A stretch of DNA of 64,000 nt from Alphaproteobacteria bacterium (GCA_963667785.2 CAXXMU010000002.1:640001-704000), one strand, 5' to 3'. Shown: positions 29,374-39,605, numbered from the stretch's first letter. Notes: generated by a model from the sequence alone, not told the origin. Made by a program: numbers and translations.

Positions 29374-30786
29374 ATGACGGGCGACATTCACCGCCTGAGC
29401 CTGGTCGAGCTCGCGGACGCCATCGCCCGGCGCGAGCTCTCCGCCACGGAGGTGATGGAAGCCACCGTGGCCCGCGCCGAGCGGCTGCAGCCGGAACTCA
29501 ACTGCTTCATCTCCCTGCAGCCGGAAGCGGCGTTAGACAGCGCGAAGGCGGCCGACGCGGCGCTCGCCAGGGGCGACGCGCCGGGGCCGCTCCACGGCGT
29601 GCCGCTCGCCCACAAGGACATGTTCTACCGCGCGGGGCACGTCACCACCTGCGGCTCGCGTATCCGCCGGGACTTCGTGCCGGACCACGACAGCACCGCG
29701 CTCTCCCGCCTCCACGGCGCCGGCGCCATCTATCTCGGTGGGCTCAACATGGCGGAGTTCGCCACCGGCCCCACCGGCCACAACGAGCACTGGGGCGACT
29801 GCCGCAACCCGTGGAACCGGGCGCACATCTCCGGCGGCTCGTCGAGCGGCTCCGGCGCCTCGGTCGCAGGCCGCGTGGTCTTCGGCGCGCTCGGCTCCGA
29901 TACCGGCGGCTCGGTGCGCCTGCCGTCCGCCTGCAACGGCGTGGTCGGGCTCAAGCCGACCATGGGGCTGGTCAGCCGCCGCGGGATCATGCCGCTCTCC
30001 CACACGCTCGACACGGTGGGACCGCTCGCCCGCACCGTGCGCGATGCTGCCCGGCTCACCGGCACGATCGCGGGCTTTGACCCGCTCGAACCGACCTCCA
30101 GCCGGCGCCCCGTGCCCGACTACGAGGCGGCGCTGGCGGCGGGCGCAGACGGCCTCACCGTCGGCGTGCCGACCGGCTACTTCTACGACATCGCCACCGA
30201 CGAGGTACGGGCGGCGATGGAGCATAGCCTCGACGTGCTCCGCTCTCTCGGCGCCCGGGTGGTCGAGGTGGCGGTGCCCGACATCGAGCGCATCAACCAC
30301 CTCTCCAACGTCGTCCTCTCCAGCGAAGCGGCGGCGATCCACGAGGCCTGGATCGCCGGCCGGCCCGACGACTACCAGGAGCAGGTGCGGAACCGCTACG
30401 AGCCGGGCCTGCACGTGCCGGCGGTGAAGTACATCCAGGCGCTGGCCGCCCGCGCCGGCTTGCTGCGGGAGTTCGTGGACACCGCGCTCGCGGGCGCCGA
30501 TGTCCTGCACACGCCGGCCATCCCCTTCCCCATCCCGACCCGGGAGGAGACCAATGTCGGCGGCGGCGAGCGCATGGCGGAGATGGTCGCCGGGCTGAGC
30601 TGGTGCACCCGCGCCGCCAACTACCTGGGCGTGCCGGCCCTGGTCGTGCCCTGCGGCTTCACCGCGAGCGGCCTGCCCAGCGCCTTCCAGCTCATGGGCC
30701 GCCCGTTCTCCGAGGCGACGCTCTTCCGCCTCGGCCATGCCTACCAGTCCGCCACCGACTGGCACACGCGCGCGCCCGACCTATAA
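29374..30786 (+). CDS. Amidase-signature family enzyme (GatA/AtzE-like)
   Basis: 'LHGVPLAHKD', 'GGSSSGSGAS', 'GSDTGGSVR' give the Lys-cisSer-Ser triad. Confidence 0.92.
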   Translation: MTGDIHRLSLVELADAIARRELSATEVMEATVARAERLQPELNCFISLQPEAALDSAKAADAALARGDAPGPLHGVPLAHKDMFYRAGHVTTCGSRIRRDFVPDHDSTALSRLHGAGAIYLGGLNMAEFATGPTGHNEHWGDCRNPWNRAHISGGSSSGSGASVAGRVVFGALGSDTGGSVRLPSACNGVVGLKPTMGLVSRRGIMPLSHTLDTVGPLARTVRDAARLTGTIAGFDPLEPTSSRRPVPDYEAALAAGADGLTVGVPTGYFYDIATDEVRAAMEHSLDVLRSLGARVVEVAVPDIERINHLSNVVLSSEAAAIHEAWIAGRPDDYQEQVRNRYEPGLHVPAVKYIQALAARAGLLREFVDTALAGADVLHTPAIPFPIPTREETNVGGGERMAEMVAGLSWCTRAANYLGVPALVVPCGFTASGLPSAFQLMGRPFSEATLFRLGHAYQSATDWHTRAPDL

Positions 30787-30858
30787 TCCCGCGATCCCGC
30801 CCGAGCCCTGTCGGGCGGGCACCCCGTTACCCCTGGAACGCGGAGGAGGACGCGAGAG

Positions 30859-31251
30859 ATGCCGACGACGGCGCACGGCACATTCTTCTGGAACGAGCTG
30901 AACACCTGGGACGTGGACAAGGCCAAGGCGTTCTACGGCGAGACCCTGGGCTGGCACTACGAATCGCACCCGATGGCGGACGGCGGCACCTACACGCTCT
31001 GCAAGACGGGCGAGGCGATGGCCGCCGGCATCTTCGAGATGAAGCCGGGGGCCAGCTTCGACGGCCTTCCCGACCACTGGTTCGCCTACATCGGCGTGGA
31101 CGACGTCGATGCCCGGATCGCCGGCGTCGAGGCGGCGGGCGGCACCATCTGCCGGCCGGCCTTCGACATACCCGGCGTGGGCCGCTTCGCCATCGTCAGG
31201 GACTCGGGCGGTGCCACCGTCGGCTGGGTCACGCCCGCCGTGGAGGACTGA
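30859..31251 (+). CDS. VOC/glyoxalase family protein
   Basis: 'FFWNELNT', 'AKAFYGETLGW', 'YIGVDDVD', 'PGVGRFA'; GGAGG RBS. Confidence 0.88.
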   Translation: MPTTAHGTFFWNELNTWDVDKAKAFYGETLGWHYESHPMADGGTYTLCKTGEAMAAGIFEMKPGASFDGLPDHWFAYIGVDDVDARIAGVEAAGGTICRPAFDIPGVGRFAIVRDSGGATVGWVTPAVED

Positions 31252-31252
31252 G

Positions 31253-32440
31253 ACGCCGGGGGACCGCGCGATCTACGACGCCATCGTCGTCGGCGCCCGC
31301 TGCGCCGGCGCGCCCGCGGCCATGCTGCTGGCCCGCAAGAGCCATCGCGTGCTGCTGCTCGACCGCGACCGCTTCCCCAGCGACATGGGGCAGTCGACCC
31401 ACCTGATCCACCCCTTGGGCGTCGCCCATCTCCGCGCCTGGGGCGTACTGTCGCAGATCGCCGCGCGCGCCGCCCCCTTCACCGACTGGCGCGTCGACCT
31501 GCACGGCACGGTGCTGGAGGGCGCGCCGCCGGCGGTAGACGGCCACGACATCTCGCACGGGCCCAGGCGCCGCCTGCTCGACGGCGTGCTTGCCGAGGCG
31601 GCCGTCGCGGCCGGCGTCGAGTTCCGCGACGGCGTGCGGGTCGTCGACCTGGCCCTGGAGGGCGGCCGCGTCGCCGGCGTCGTGACCGCTGGCCCGGACG
31701 GCGCGCGGCAGGTCGAGCGCGCGCGCCTCGTCATCGGCGCGGACGGGCCGGGCTCGGTCGTCGCCCGCGCGGCCGGCGCCAAGGAATCCCTCGTAGAACC
31801 GGTCGTCCAGAGCAACATCTGGAGCTACTGGGCGGGCATCGCGCTCGATCACGTGCGCCTTTATATCCGCGAGCGCAAGGGCGCCTTCGCCTTCCCCGCG
31901 AGCGACGGCACCGTGCTGGTCGCCGCCAACCTGATGCACGACGAGTTCGTGCGCGCGAGGCACGACCGCGAGGCGGCGTTCCACGCGAGGGTCGCAGACG
32001 TCGCGCCCGATCTCCACGCGATGCTGCCGGAGGCTACGCGGACGGAGGAGTTCCACGCCGGCTGCACCCGCGCCTTCGTGCGCGAGGCGGCCGGCCCCGG
32101 CTGGGCGCTGGTGGGCGATGCGGGGATGAAGAAGGATCCGGTGACCGCGCAAGGCATCTCGACCGCCTTCCGCTGCGCAGAGATGGTGGCCGAGGCGGCA
32201 GACGAGGGCCTGGGCGGCGTGCGCCCGCTCGACGAGGCGCTCGCGGCTTACGCCGAGGCGCGCGACGAATGGCTGCTGCCCTACTACCGTTTCACCGCCC
32301 AGCTCGCCCGCTTCGCGAGGCCCACCGAGCGGCTCGCGGCCTACTACCGCGCGATCCGGGACGATCCGGCCGAGACGGCGCGCCTCTTCGGCGCCGTCGC
32401 GCTCACCCATTCGCCCGAGGACGTGCTGCCTGCGGCCTAG
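31253..32440 (+). CDS. NAD(P)/FAD-dependent oxidoreductase (geranylgeranyl reductase/halogenase-like superfamily); start codon appears to be ACG
   Basis: 'YDAIVVGARCAG', 'VIGADG', 'WALVGDAG..KDPVTAQGI'; no ATG/GTG/TTG in frame between the VOC stop and the Rossmann motif. Confidence 0.78.
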   Translation, partial: TPGDRAIYDAIVVGARCAGAPAAMLLARKSHRVLLLDRDRFPSDMGQSTHLIHPLGVAHLRAWGVLSQIAARAAPFTDWRVDLHGTVLEGAPPAVDGHDISHGPRRRLLDGVLAEAAVAAGVEFRDGVRVVDLALEGGRVAGVVTAGPDGARQVERARLVIGADGPGSVVARAAGAKESLVEPVVQSNIWSYWAGIALDHVRLYIRERKGAFAFPASDGTVLVAANLMHDEFVRARHDREAAFHARVADVAPDLHAMLPEATRTEEFHAGCTRAFVREAAGPGWALVGDAGMKKDPVTAQGISTAFRCAEMVAEAADEGLGGVRPLDEALAAYAEARDEWLLPYYRFTAQLARFARPTERLAAYYRAIRDDPAETARLFGAVALTHSPEDVLPAA

Positions 32441-32441
32441 G

Positions 32442-32479
32442 GCGTATCCGTCTTTGACGGATACGCGACAGGCCGCGAC
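32442..32479. repeat. 38-bp hairpin repeat, copy 2
   Basis: Perfect stem gcgtatccgtc/gacggatacgc just after the stop codon; matches 8305-8342. Confidence 0.75.
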
Positions 32480-32512
32480 GAGCGCTCCGGGGTGGGGCGG
32501 GCCGCCCTGCGG

Positions 32513-32541
32513 TTGACACCGCCGCCCCACCTCCCTATTAA
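32513..32541 (+). promoter_or_regulatory. groESL promoter
   Basis: TTGACA-N17-TATTAA immediately before the CIRCE. Confidence 0.75.
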
Positions 32542-32542
32542 C

Positions 32543-32569
32543 TTAGCACTCACCTCGCCAGAGCGCTAA
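32543..32569 (+). promoter_or_regulatory. CIRCE operator (HrcA binding site)
   Basis: TTAGCACTC-N9-GAGCGCTAA, one mismatch to consensus, upstream of groES. Confidence 0.93.
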
Positions 32570-32624
32570 CAGGCGCCCGGGCGGCGTCAGACTCATCGGA
32601 CATGCTCACATCTCGGAGGGCGGC

Positions 32625-32912
32625 ATGAACATCAGGCCTTTGCACGACCGCGTGCTGGTGCGGCGGCTGGAGCAGGACCAGAAGACGGCAGGCGGCATCA
32701 TCATCCCCGACACCGCCCAGGAGAAGCCGCAGGAAGGCGAGGTCGTCGCGGCAGGGCCCGGCGCGCGCGGCGAGGACGGCAGGCTCACGCCTCTCGACGT
32801 CAAGGCGGGCGACCGCATCCTCTTCGGCAAGTGGTCGGGCTCCGAGGTCAAGGTCGACGGCGAGGAGCTGTTGATCATGAAGGAGTCCGACATCATGGGC
32901 GTGATCGAGTAA
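32625..32912 (+). CDS. groES: Co-chaperonin GroES
   Basis: '[10 protein letters not shown]', '[16 protein letters not shown]', 'IMKESDI'. Confidence 0.97.
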   Translation: MNIRPLHDRVLVRRLEQDQKTAGGIIIPDTAQEKPQEGEVVAAGPGARGEDGRLTPLDVKAGDRILFGKWSGSEVKVDGEELLIMKESDIMGVIE

Positions 32913-32957
32913 CCGGGCACCCGCCCCGCTGGAACATCGAAGCTGGAGCGATCGACG

Positions 32958-34637
32958 ATGGCCAAGAAGCGAATCCACCAGGCGGAGGACGCGCGCGAGC
33001 GCCTCCTGGAAGGCGTCGACATCCTCTCCGACGCCGTGTCCGTCACCCTCGGCCCGAAGGGCCGCACCGTGATCTATCAGACGGCCACCGGCGACAGTCG
33101 GATTACCAAGGACGGCGTGGCCGTCGCCAAGGAGATCGAGCTCGAGGATCCGCTCCAGAACGTCGGCGCCCGCCTCGTCCGCGAGGCCGCCACCCGGACC
33201 GAGCAGACGGCCGGCGACGGCACCACCACCGCCACCGTCATCGCGCGCGCGCTCGTGCGCGAGGGCGCCAAGGCGGTGGCCGCGGGCATGAACCCGATGG
33301 ACCTGCGCCGCGGGATCGATCTGGGCGTCGCCGCCGTGGTCGACGAGATCGGCAAGCGCGCCAAGCGGGTGAAGACCCAGGAGGAGATCAGCCAGGTGGC
33401 GACCGTCGCCGCCAACAACGACCCGCAGGTCGGCGCCATGATCTCGCGCGCCATGGAAGAGGTGGGCGAGAGGGGCGTCATCACCATCGAGGAGGCGGCC
33501 GGGATCGAGACCGAGCTCGACGTCGTCGAGGGCATGAACTTCGACAAGGGCTACATCTCGCCCTACTTCGTCACCAACGCCGAGCGCATGACGGTCGAGC
33601 TCGACGACGCCTACGTGCTGCTGCACCAGGAGAAGCTCACCAGCATGCAGGCGCTGCTGCCGGTGCTGGAGCAGGTGGGCCAGACCGGCAAGCCGCTCGT
33701 CATCGTCGCGGAAGACGTGGACGGCGAGGCGCTGGCGACGCTGGTGGTCAACCGGCTGCGCGGCGGCCTCAAGGCGACGGCGGCCAAGGCGCCCGCCTTC
33801 GGCGACCGGCGCAAGGACATGCTGCAGGACATCGCCGTGCTCACCGGCGGCGCGGTGATCAGCGGCGACCTCGGCGTCAAGCTGGAGAACGTCACGCTCG
33901 ACCTGCTGGGCACCGCCAAGCGGGTCGAGATGAGCAAGGACGAGACCGTGATCATCGGCGGTGGCGGCACCAAGAAGAGCATCGACGAGCGCTGCCAGCA
34001 GCTTCGCATGCAGATCGAGACGACCGAGTCCGAGTACGACCAGGAGCGCTTCGAGGAGCGCCTCGCCAAGCTGGTCGGCGGCGTGGCCGTGCTCAGGGTC
34101 GGCGGCGACACCGAGACCGAGGTCAAGGAGAAGAAGGAGCTGGTGGACGATGCCATGCGGGCGACGCGGGCGGCGGTGGAGGAGGGGATCGTCGCCGGCG
34201 GCGGCGTGGCCCTGCTCGCGGCCTCGCGCAAGCTCGACGGGCTGAAAGGCGCCAACTTCGATCAGGATCGCGGCATCGCCATCGTCCGCAAGGCGATCCG
34301 CGCGCCCGCCCGCCACATCGCGGACAACGCCGGCGCGGACGGCGCCCTCGTGGTCGGAACCCTCCTCGACAAGCGCGGCGCGAGCCAGGGCTACGACGCC
34401 CAGGAGGGCCGCTACTGCGACATGATCGGCGCCGGCATCCTCGATCCGGCGAAGGTCGTCCGCACCGCCCTGCAGGACGCCGCCTCCATCGCCGGCCAGC
34501 TCATCTCGACCGAGGCGGGCATCGTCGAGATCCCCGAGAAGGCGCCTCCCATGCCTCCGGGCGGCGGCGGCATGCCCGGCGGAATGGGCGACATGGGGAT
34601 GGGCGGCATGGGTGGAATGGGCGGTATGGGCATGTAG
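32958..34637 (+). CDS. groEL: Chaperonin GroEL
   Basis: 'VTLGPKGR', 'ITKDG', GDGTTT, '[10 protein letters not shown]', GGM tail. Confidence 0.96.
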   Translation: MAKKRIHQAEDARERLLEGVDILSDAVSVTLGPKGRTVIYQTATGDSRITKDGVAVAKEIELEDPLQNVGARLVREAATRTEQTAGDGTTTATVIARALVREGAKAVAAGMNPMDLRRGIDLGVAAVVDEIGKRAKRVKTQEEISQVATVAANNDPQVGAMISRAMEEVGERGVITIEEAAGIETELDVVEGMNFDKGYISPYFVTNAERMTVELDDAYVLLHQEKLTSMQALLPVLEQVGQTGKPLVIVAEDVDGEALATLVVNRLRGGLKATAAKAPAFGDRRKDMLQDIAVLTGGAVISGDLGVKLENVTLDLLGTAKRVEMSKDETVIIGGGGTKKSIDERCQQLRMQIETTESEYDQERFEERLAKLVGGVAVLRVGGDTETEVKEKKELVDDAMRATRAAVEEGIVAGGGVALLAASRKLDGLKGANFDQDRGIAIVRKAIRAPARHIADNAGADGALVVGTLLDKRGASQGYDAQEGRYCDMIGAGILDPAKVVRTALQDAASIAGQLISTEAGIVEIPEKAPPMPPGGGGMPGGMGDMGMGGMGGMGGMGM

Positions 34638-34703
34638 CCCGGCCCGCGCCCTCTCTAGTGTCCTGATCGAGACGTTCGCGAGAATCGCGGAGCATCCCAA
34701 CGC

Positions 34704-34792
34704 GTCATGGCCGGGCTTGTCCCGGCCATCCACGAGTCGTCCTTTCGGCAGCGACAAGGAACGTGGATGCCCGGATCAAGTCCGGGCATGAC
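34704..34792. repeat. REP-like palindrome pair (GTCATGGCCGGGCTTGTCCCGGCCATCCACG type)
   Basis: Two inverted hairpin units; the same element is at 46762-46845, with degenerate pieces at ~43695-43735 and ~19750-19790. Confidence 0.85.
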
Positions 34793-34827
34793 GATGAACT
34801 TGGTTGGTTCGCGCAGGGCAGACGAAT

Positions 34828-34888
34828 CCCACCTCTCCCTGTCCCTCTCCCCCCTGAAGGGCGGAGAGGGCCGGGGTGAGGTGGGGGG
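34828..34888. repeat. CCCTCTCC..GGAGAGGG palindromic repeat, short form
   Basis: First 43 bp identical to 43749-43791. Confidence 0.8.
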
Positions 34889-34905
34889 GGGTCGGCCGGC
34901 CCCGC

Positions 34906-35463
34906 TCAGCCGTTGAAGGGCACGCGGGCGACGCTCTCCTCGACCTCGATGCCGAGCACGGCGCAGAAGCTGCCGAGAAGCTGGTAGTAACCGATCATCA
35001 CCACGAGATCGACGAGGCCCGCATCGCCCAGGCTCTCGCGCAGGTCCGCCACCAGCGCGTCGTCCACGTCCTCGCCGGAGGCCACCAGGCGGCAGAGGCG
35101 GAGCGCCGGCCCCACCGGTGCGGGCTCGGCCTCGGCGGCGGGCGTGCCCACGATCCCGCGCAATCGCTCGGGCACCTTGTGGATGTGGTGGTCCCACTCG
35201 TAGACGTTGCCGACGGCCTGGGCGACGGTGCAGATGACCATCTCACGCAGGTCGTTATCCAGCGCCGAGTGCCAGCGCACGTGCTCGCCCACCGCGGCGA
35301 CCGCGCGGAGCGCCTCCGGACTCCGCCCCATGACCGCGAACATGTTGGGCATGAAGTCGAGCCTGCGGGTCTCGACCACGTGGTCCCAGATCTCCGTCTG
35401 CGCGGGCGCGAAGTCGCTGCGGTCGGCGCGCGGCAGGCGCTGGGCCGGGGCATAGCTGGTCAT
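34906..35463 (-). CDS. Carboxymuconolactone decarboxylase/AhpD-like family protein
   Basis: 'LREMVICTVA', 'YEWDHH', 'LVDLVVMIGYY'. Confidence 0.8.
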   Translation of the reverse strand: MTSYAPAQRLPRADRSDFAPAQTEIWDHVVETRRLDFMPNMFAVMGRSPEALRAVAAVGEHVRWHSALDNDLREMVICTVAQAVGNVYEWDHHIHKVPERLRGIVGTPAAEAEPAPVGPALRLCRLVASGEDVDDALVADLRESLGDAGLVDLVVMIGYYQLLGSFCAVLGIEVEESVARVPFNG

Positions 35464-35485
35464 CGAAGTCTCTCTTTCATATCCC

Positions 35486-36505
35486 TCAATCCGCGAAGGC
35501 CTCGATCATCGCCTCGTGGTTGGCGAGCGATTCCTCGCGGTCGATGAAGGGCATCGGGCAGTAGAGCAGCACGGTCTCGAACAGCCCCTCGAAGCTCTCG
35601 AGCTGGCGGCGCACGTCGTCGGGCGTGCCGGCCAGCACCAGCGCGTCGATCATGTCGTCGGTCACGAGCTCCAGCATGGCGGGCACGTCGGCCCGCGCCC
35701 AGGCCTCGCGGATCGCCATCTTCGGGCCGGTGAAGCCCGCCGGGTCCAGCACCTGGTCGAAGTAGGGCAGGCAGGAATAGAAGGCGATCGGCCCGCGCGC
35801 ACGCCGCCGGGCGGTCGCCCGGTCCCGGTCCACGGAACAGACCTTGAGCGAGCACATCTCGATGTCGGCGCGGGTCCGCCCGGCCTTCGCCAGCCCCTTG
35901 TCGACGTTGGGCAGCACGATATCGGTGAAGTAGCGCGGCGTGTTGAGCAGGTTCGCGAGCAGGCCGTCCGCCATCTCGCCGGCGAGCTGCAGCATCGCCG
36001 GCTGCACCGCGGCGAGGTAGATGGGCGGCGGCGCGCACGGCGGCGCCAGCACGCGGCGATAGTCGCGCACCTGGATGATCTCGCCCTCGTAGTCGATGGG
36101 CGCCTCCGGGCTCGCGGTCCACATCAGCCGGATCGCCTCGACGTATTCCCGCATGCGCCGCACCGGCCGGCGGTAGGGGAGGCCGTGCCAGTTCTCGTTC
36201 CACGCCGGCGGCGCGGTGCCGAGGCCGAGGACGAAGCGGCCGCCCGTCAGCTCCGCCATCGACATGGCGCTGATCTCGGTCAACGCCGGCGGCCGGGCGA
36301 AGATGGCGACGCCGGTGCCGAGCCGGGCGCGCCCGCAGGCCGCCGCCATGCCGGCGAGCGGCACGAAGGCGTCGCGGCCGAGCTCGGTGGTCCAGAGGCT
36401 GTCGGCGCCCGCATCCTCCGCCCTGGCCGCGAAGTCGATGGTCTCCTGCAGCGTCAGGTTGTCGCCGCTGAAGAGGACGGCCCACTTCCATCTCTTCCCT
36501 GCCAT
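35486..36505 (-). CDS. LLM-class flavin/F420-dependent oxidoreductase (Mer-like)
   Basis: 'AEDAGADSLW', 'LGTGV', 'TGGRFVLGLG', 'PIYLAAV.P.ML.LAGE.ADG'. Confidence 0.85.
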   Translation of the reverse strand: MAGKRWKWAVLFSGDNLTLQETIDFAARAEDAGADSLWTTELGRDAFVPLAGMAAACGRARLGTGVAIFARPPALTEISAMSMAELTGGRFVLGLGTAPPAWNENWHGLPYRRPVRRMREYVEAIRLMWTASPEAPIDYEGEIIQVRDYRRVLAPPCAPPPIYLAAVQPAMLQLAGEMADGLLANLLNTPRYFTDIVLPNVDKGLAKAGRTRADIEMCSLKVCSVDRDRATARRRARGPIAFYSCLPYFDQVLDPAGFTGPKMAIREAWARADVPAMLELVTDDMIDALVLAGTPDDVRRQLESFEGLFETVLLYCPMPFIDREESLANHEAMIEAFAD

Positions 36506-36522
36506 CGGTCTCCTTTCCCGTC

Positions 36523-38272
36523 TCAATCCGTCGCGGCGCGCCGCGCAGCGCGGCGGTGGCCGCTTCGTCAACCGCGCCGCCCTCGGCGATGACCACGCCG
36601 TACTCGCTCGTCGCCTGCGCGGCCGTCACGTAGCCGTCGGCCACGTCGGCCGCGACCGCCTCCGGCGTCGCGCGTGAAGGGGTCGCCGAAGCCGCCGCCG
36701 CCGCCGGTCACCACGGCCACGCGGTCGCCCTCGCCGAGCGGCCGGTAGGCGGTGCGCGCGAGGCGCTTGACGCTGCCGCCCGATTCGATCCGCATGTAGT
36801 TGTTGGAGCCCTGGCCGCCGCCCTCCAGCCCCCAGGGCCGCTCGATGGAGCGGCCGATGCTGCAGTGGGTGTGGGCGTCGGCGCCCGCCACCTCGAACTC
36901 GCGGACCACGCCGAAGCCGCCGCGATGGCGGCCCGCGCCGGCGCCGTCCGTCGACGTTCAGCGCATAGCGCCGGATGGCGAGCGGGAACTTCGCCTCGAA
37001 CAGCTCCACCGAGTAGTTGTAGGTGTCGCCGTCGGTGGTGGCGATGAGCGCGCTGGTGCCGTCGCCGGACGCGGTCGCGCCCCAGCCGCCGATGGCGGGC
37101 TCGATATGGACGTAGACCTCGCCGCTCTCCGGGTCGCGGCCGTAGAAGTAGGCGGCGGCGAGGCTCATGTAGGAGCCGGCGCTGAAGCGCTCGGGCGCGA
37201 CCTCGGCGAGCGCCTTCCAGGCGAGCTCGGAGGCGTGCGCCGAGCCCTCGTAGTACCAGCCGGTGGGCGCCGGCTTCTCGGCGGTGAACACCGTGCCCGG
37301 CGGGCAGACCAGGCTCACCGGGCGGAACCAGCCCTCGTTCGACGGCGCCTGCGGGTCCACCAGCGACTTGAACACCGTCTTGACCGCCGAATCCAGCGCC
37401 CCGAAGGCGCAGTTGATCGGCCCCTTGACCATGGGGCTGGTGCCGGTGAAGTCGAAGACGATGGAATCGCCGCGAATCCGCACCGTGACGGCGACGCGGA
37501 AGCGCTCGTCCGTGATGCCGTCGCCGTCGATCCAGTCCTCGGCCGCGTAGTCGCCATCGGGGAGGGCTGCCACGGCGGCGCGGCTCAGCCGCTCGCTCGC
37601 CTCCAGGATGTGGCGGAAGGTGGCCTGGACCTCGGCCGCACCGTAGCGCGCGATGGTCTCGCGCAGCCGGGTCTCGGCGATGCGGACCGCGGCCAGCCCT
37701 GCGTTGAAGTCGCCCAGCGACTGCACCGGGAGGCGCACGTTCTCGCGGATCAGCGCGATCACGTCGTCGATGGTCTCGTCGTCGCGGCAGACACGGATGC
37801 CGGGGAAGCGCACCCCCTCCTGATAGATCTCGGTAGCGGTCGGCGAGATGCTGCCCGGCACCGCGCCGCCCACCTCGCTCCAGTGCGCCACCGAGATGGC
37901 GAAGGCGAAGAGCCGGTCGTCTTCGAAGATCGGCTTGATCAGCGCGATGTCGCAGCTGTGGGTGCCGCCCTCGAAGGGGTCGTTGGTCATGAAGACGTCG
38001 CCCGGCCGCATGGTCTCGCCGTGGCGGCGCACGATGGAGCGCACCTGCGGCGCGAAGGTGCCGGTGAACAGCGTGATGCCGTTGGTCTGCACCACCAGCT
38101 CGCCGTCCGCGTCGCAGAGGCCGCAGGCGAAATCGAGCACCTCGTAGATCACCGGGCTCATGGAGGTCTTGGCGATGACGATGCCCATCTCGTCGGCGAG
38201 CGCCAGGAGCTTGCCGCGGATGATCTCGCGCGTGACCGGATCGGCGCCGGCCTCGGTCGTGCTCGACGTCAT
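36523..38272 (-). pseudogene. Hydantoinase B/oxoprolinase family subunit, frameshifted (probably assembly error)
   Basis: 'DPVTREII', 'NDPFEGGTH', 'IYQEG'; homology continues in other frames after ~36947 ('GRHRGGFG','GGGGFGDP') and ~36665 ('DVADGYVT'); a third shift near 36535 is probable. Confidence 0.8.
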
Positions 38273-38452
38273 GCTCTCTCCCGGGCATCTGCCCGCGCGG
38301 ATTGTTCCCGAGACGCCCGCGCGGGGCAAGGCGTGCGCCCCCGGCCGGCCTTCTTATACCGCGCTCGCGACCTGCGTCCGCGCTCGTGACCTTGCAGGCA
38401 CGAGCGACTCAGGCGCACGCTCCCCGTCCGCGCACGCCGGGTACCCCGCACA

Positions 38453-38664
38453 ATGGTGCGGTGCACGGCGCGGGGTGGGCGTGCGAGGGTCGCGGCATGA
38501 TGCGGGAGAGCGGCGACGAGCGGGAAGGAGCGGTGCGCGGCAGGGGAGCCGGTGGTGAAGTGGGATTCAAGTGGGATATGGAGGCCGTCTGTCCCGCCGG
38601 AATCCCTCGCTATCCCACGAAATCCCGCATGCCCCCCCTCCGGCGAATCCCACTTCCGGCCGCC
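38453..38664 (-). repeat. ~200-bp non-coding repeat, copy 2 (inverted relative to 1193-1390)
   Basis: Reverse complement aligns with 1193-1390; carries an extra tandem aagtgggat unit. Confidence 0.85.
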
Positions 38665-38724
38665 GCGTTGGGGCGCGACGGTCGGTCCGGGGCGCCCTCG
38701 GCCGCGCGCAGGGGGGGGAGAGGG

Positions 38725-39488
38725 CTAGGCGTTGTCCCAGATCACCTTCGGGTAGGGCACCACCCAGGAGGCCTTGAGGTACCAGGTCTCCAGGATCTCC
38801 ACCGGCGCGAGCCTGTGCAGGTGCGGGTAGAGGCCGGAGCGGCCGAGCTCGAGGTGGCCGGTGCCGGTCCAGATCTCGTGCAGCGCGAAGTCCTCGGGCC
38901 GGATCAGCAGGAGCTGCTTGATCGGCTTGCCGCCTCCTCGGGGTTGGGGATCTTGCGGATCTGCAGGAAGTCGGCGTCGACCAGCTCGGCGAAGCGATCC
39001 TCGATGGCGCTGTCAGCACGGCGGATCGGCGGCGGGCTGGTGACGTTCATGCTGAGCCGCATGAGGCACTCGCCGGCGCGGTCGCAGTGCGCGATCACCT
39101 GGCTGCCGTAGAACCTGAGCGGCGTGGTCTCGCACAGGTTGGCGGGCCAGCCGTAGATCTCGCGCTCGAAGGTGAGCGCCATGTCGTTGTCGACCCAGAT
39201 GTAGTTGATGTACCAGCCCGTCCACTCCTTGTAGCGGACCATGATGCCGGTCAGGCACTCGTGGTAGAGCTCGACCGAGTGGGTGGGCTGGCCCATGTCG
39301 CCGAGCCAGGCGAGCACCAGGTTGGGCTCAACCGGCTCCAGCGGCTCCGGCACCTCGAAGGCGACCGCGGCCGGGTCGGCGCGGTAGGCCATCATCAGGA
39401 TCTTGCTGTCGGGCGTCGCGTAGAACGGCGGCTTCGTGAAGGTCGGCGCCGCAAGCGGCATCGAATAGCCTTCCTCGTGCTCCTTCAT
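38725..39488 (-). pseudogene. Acetoacetate decarboxylase-like family protein with one frameshift near 38932
   Basis: 'SMPLAAP', 'VPEPLEP', 'YIWVDND', 'REIYGWP'; restoring one base gives an open C-terminus ending 'YPKVIWDNA*'. Confidence 0.72.
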
Positions 39489-39605
39489 GGTCTCCCTCTC
39501 GTGCGTGGCTGCGGCCGCGGCGGCTGGCTGCGGCGCGGCGAGTGTGGGGGCGGCGGCGGAGCCGGTCAACAAGTCGCGCGGCCGCGGAAAGCCTGGCGCG
39601 CGCGG

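Noticed and set aside
29374-30786. gatA of the Glu-tRNA amidotransferase
   Set aside because: No gatB downstream and a catabolic neighbourhood; a generic amidase call is safer
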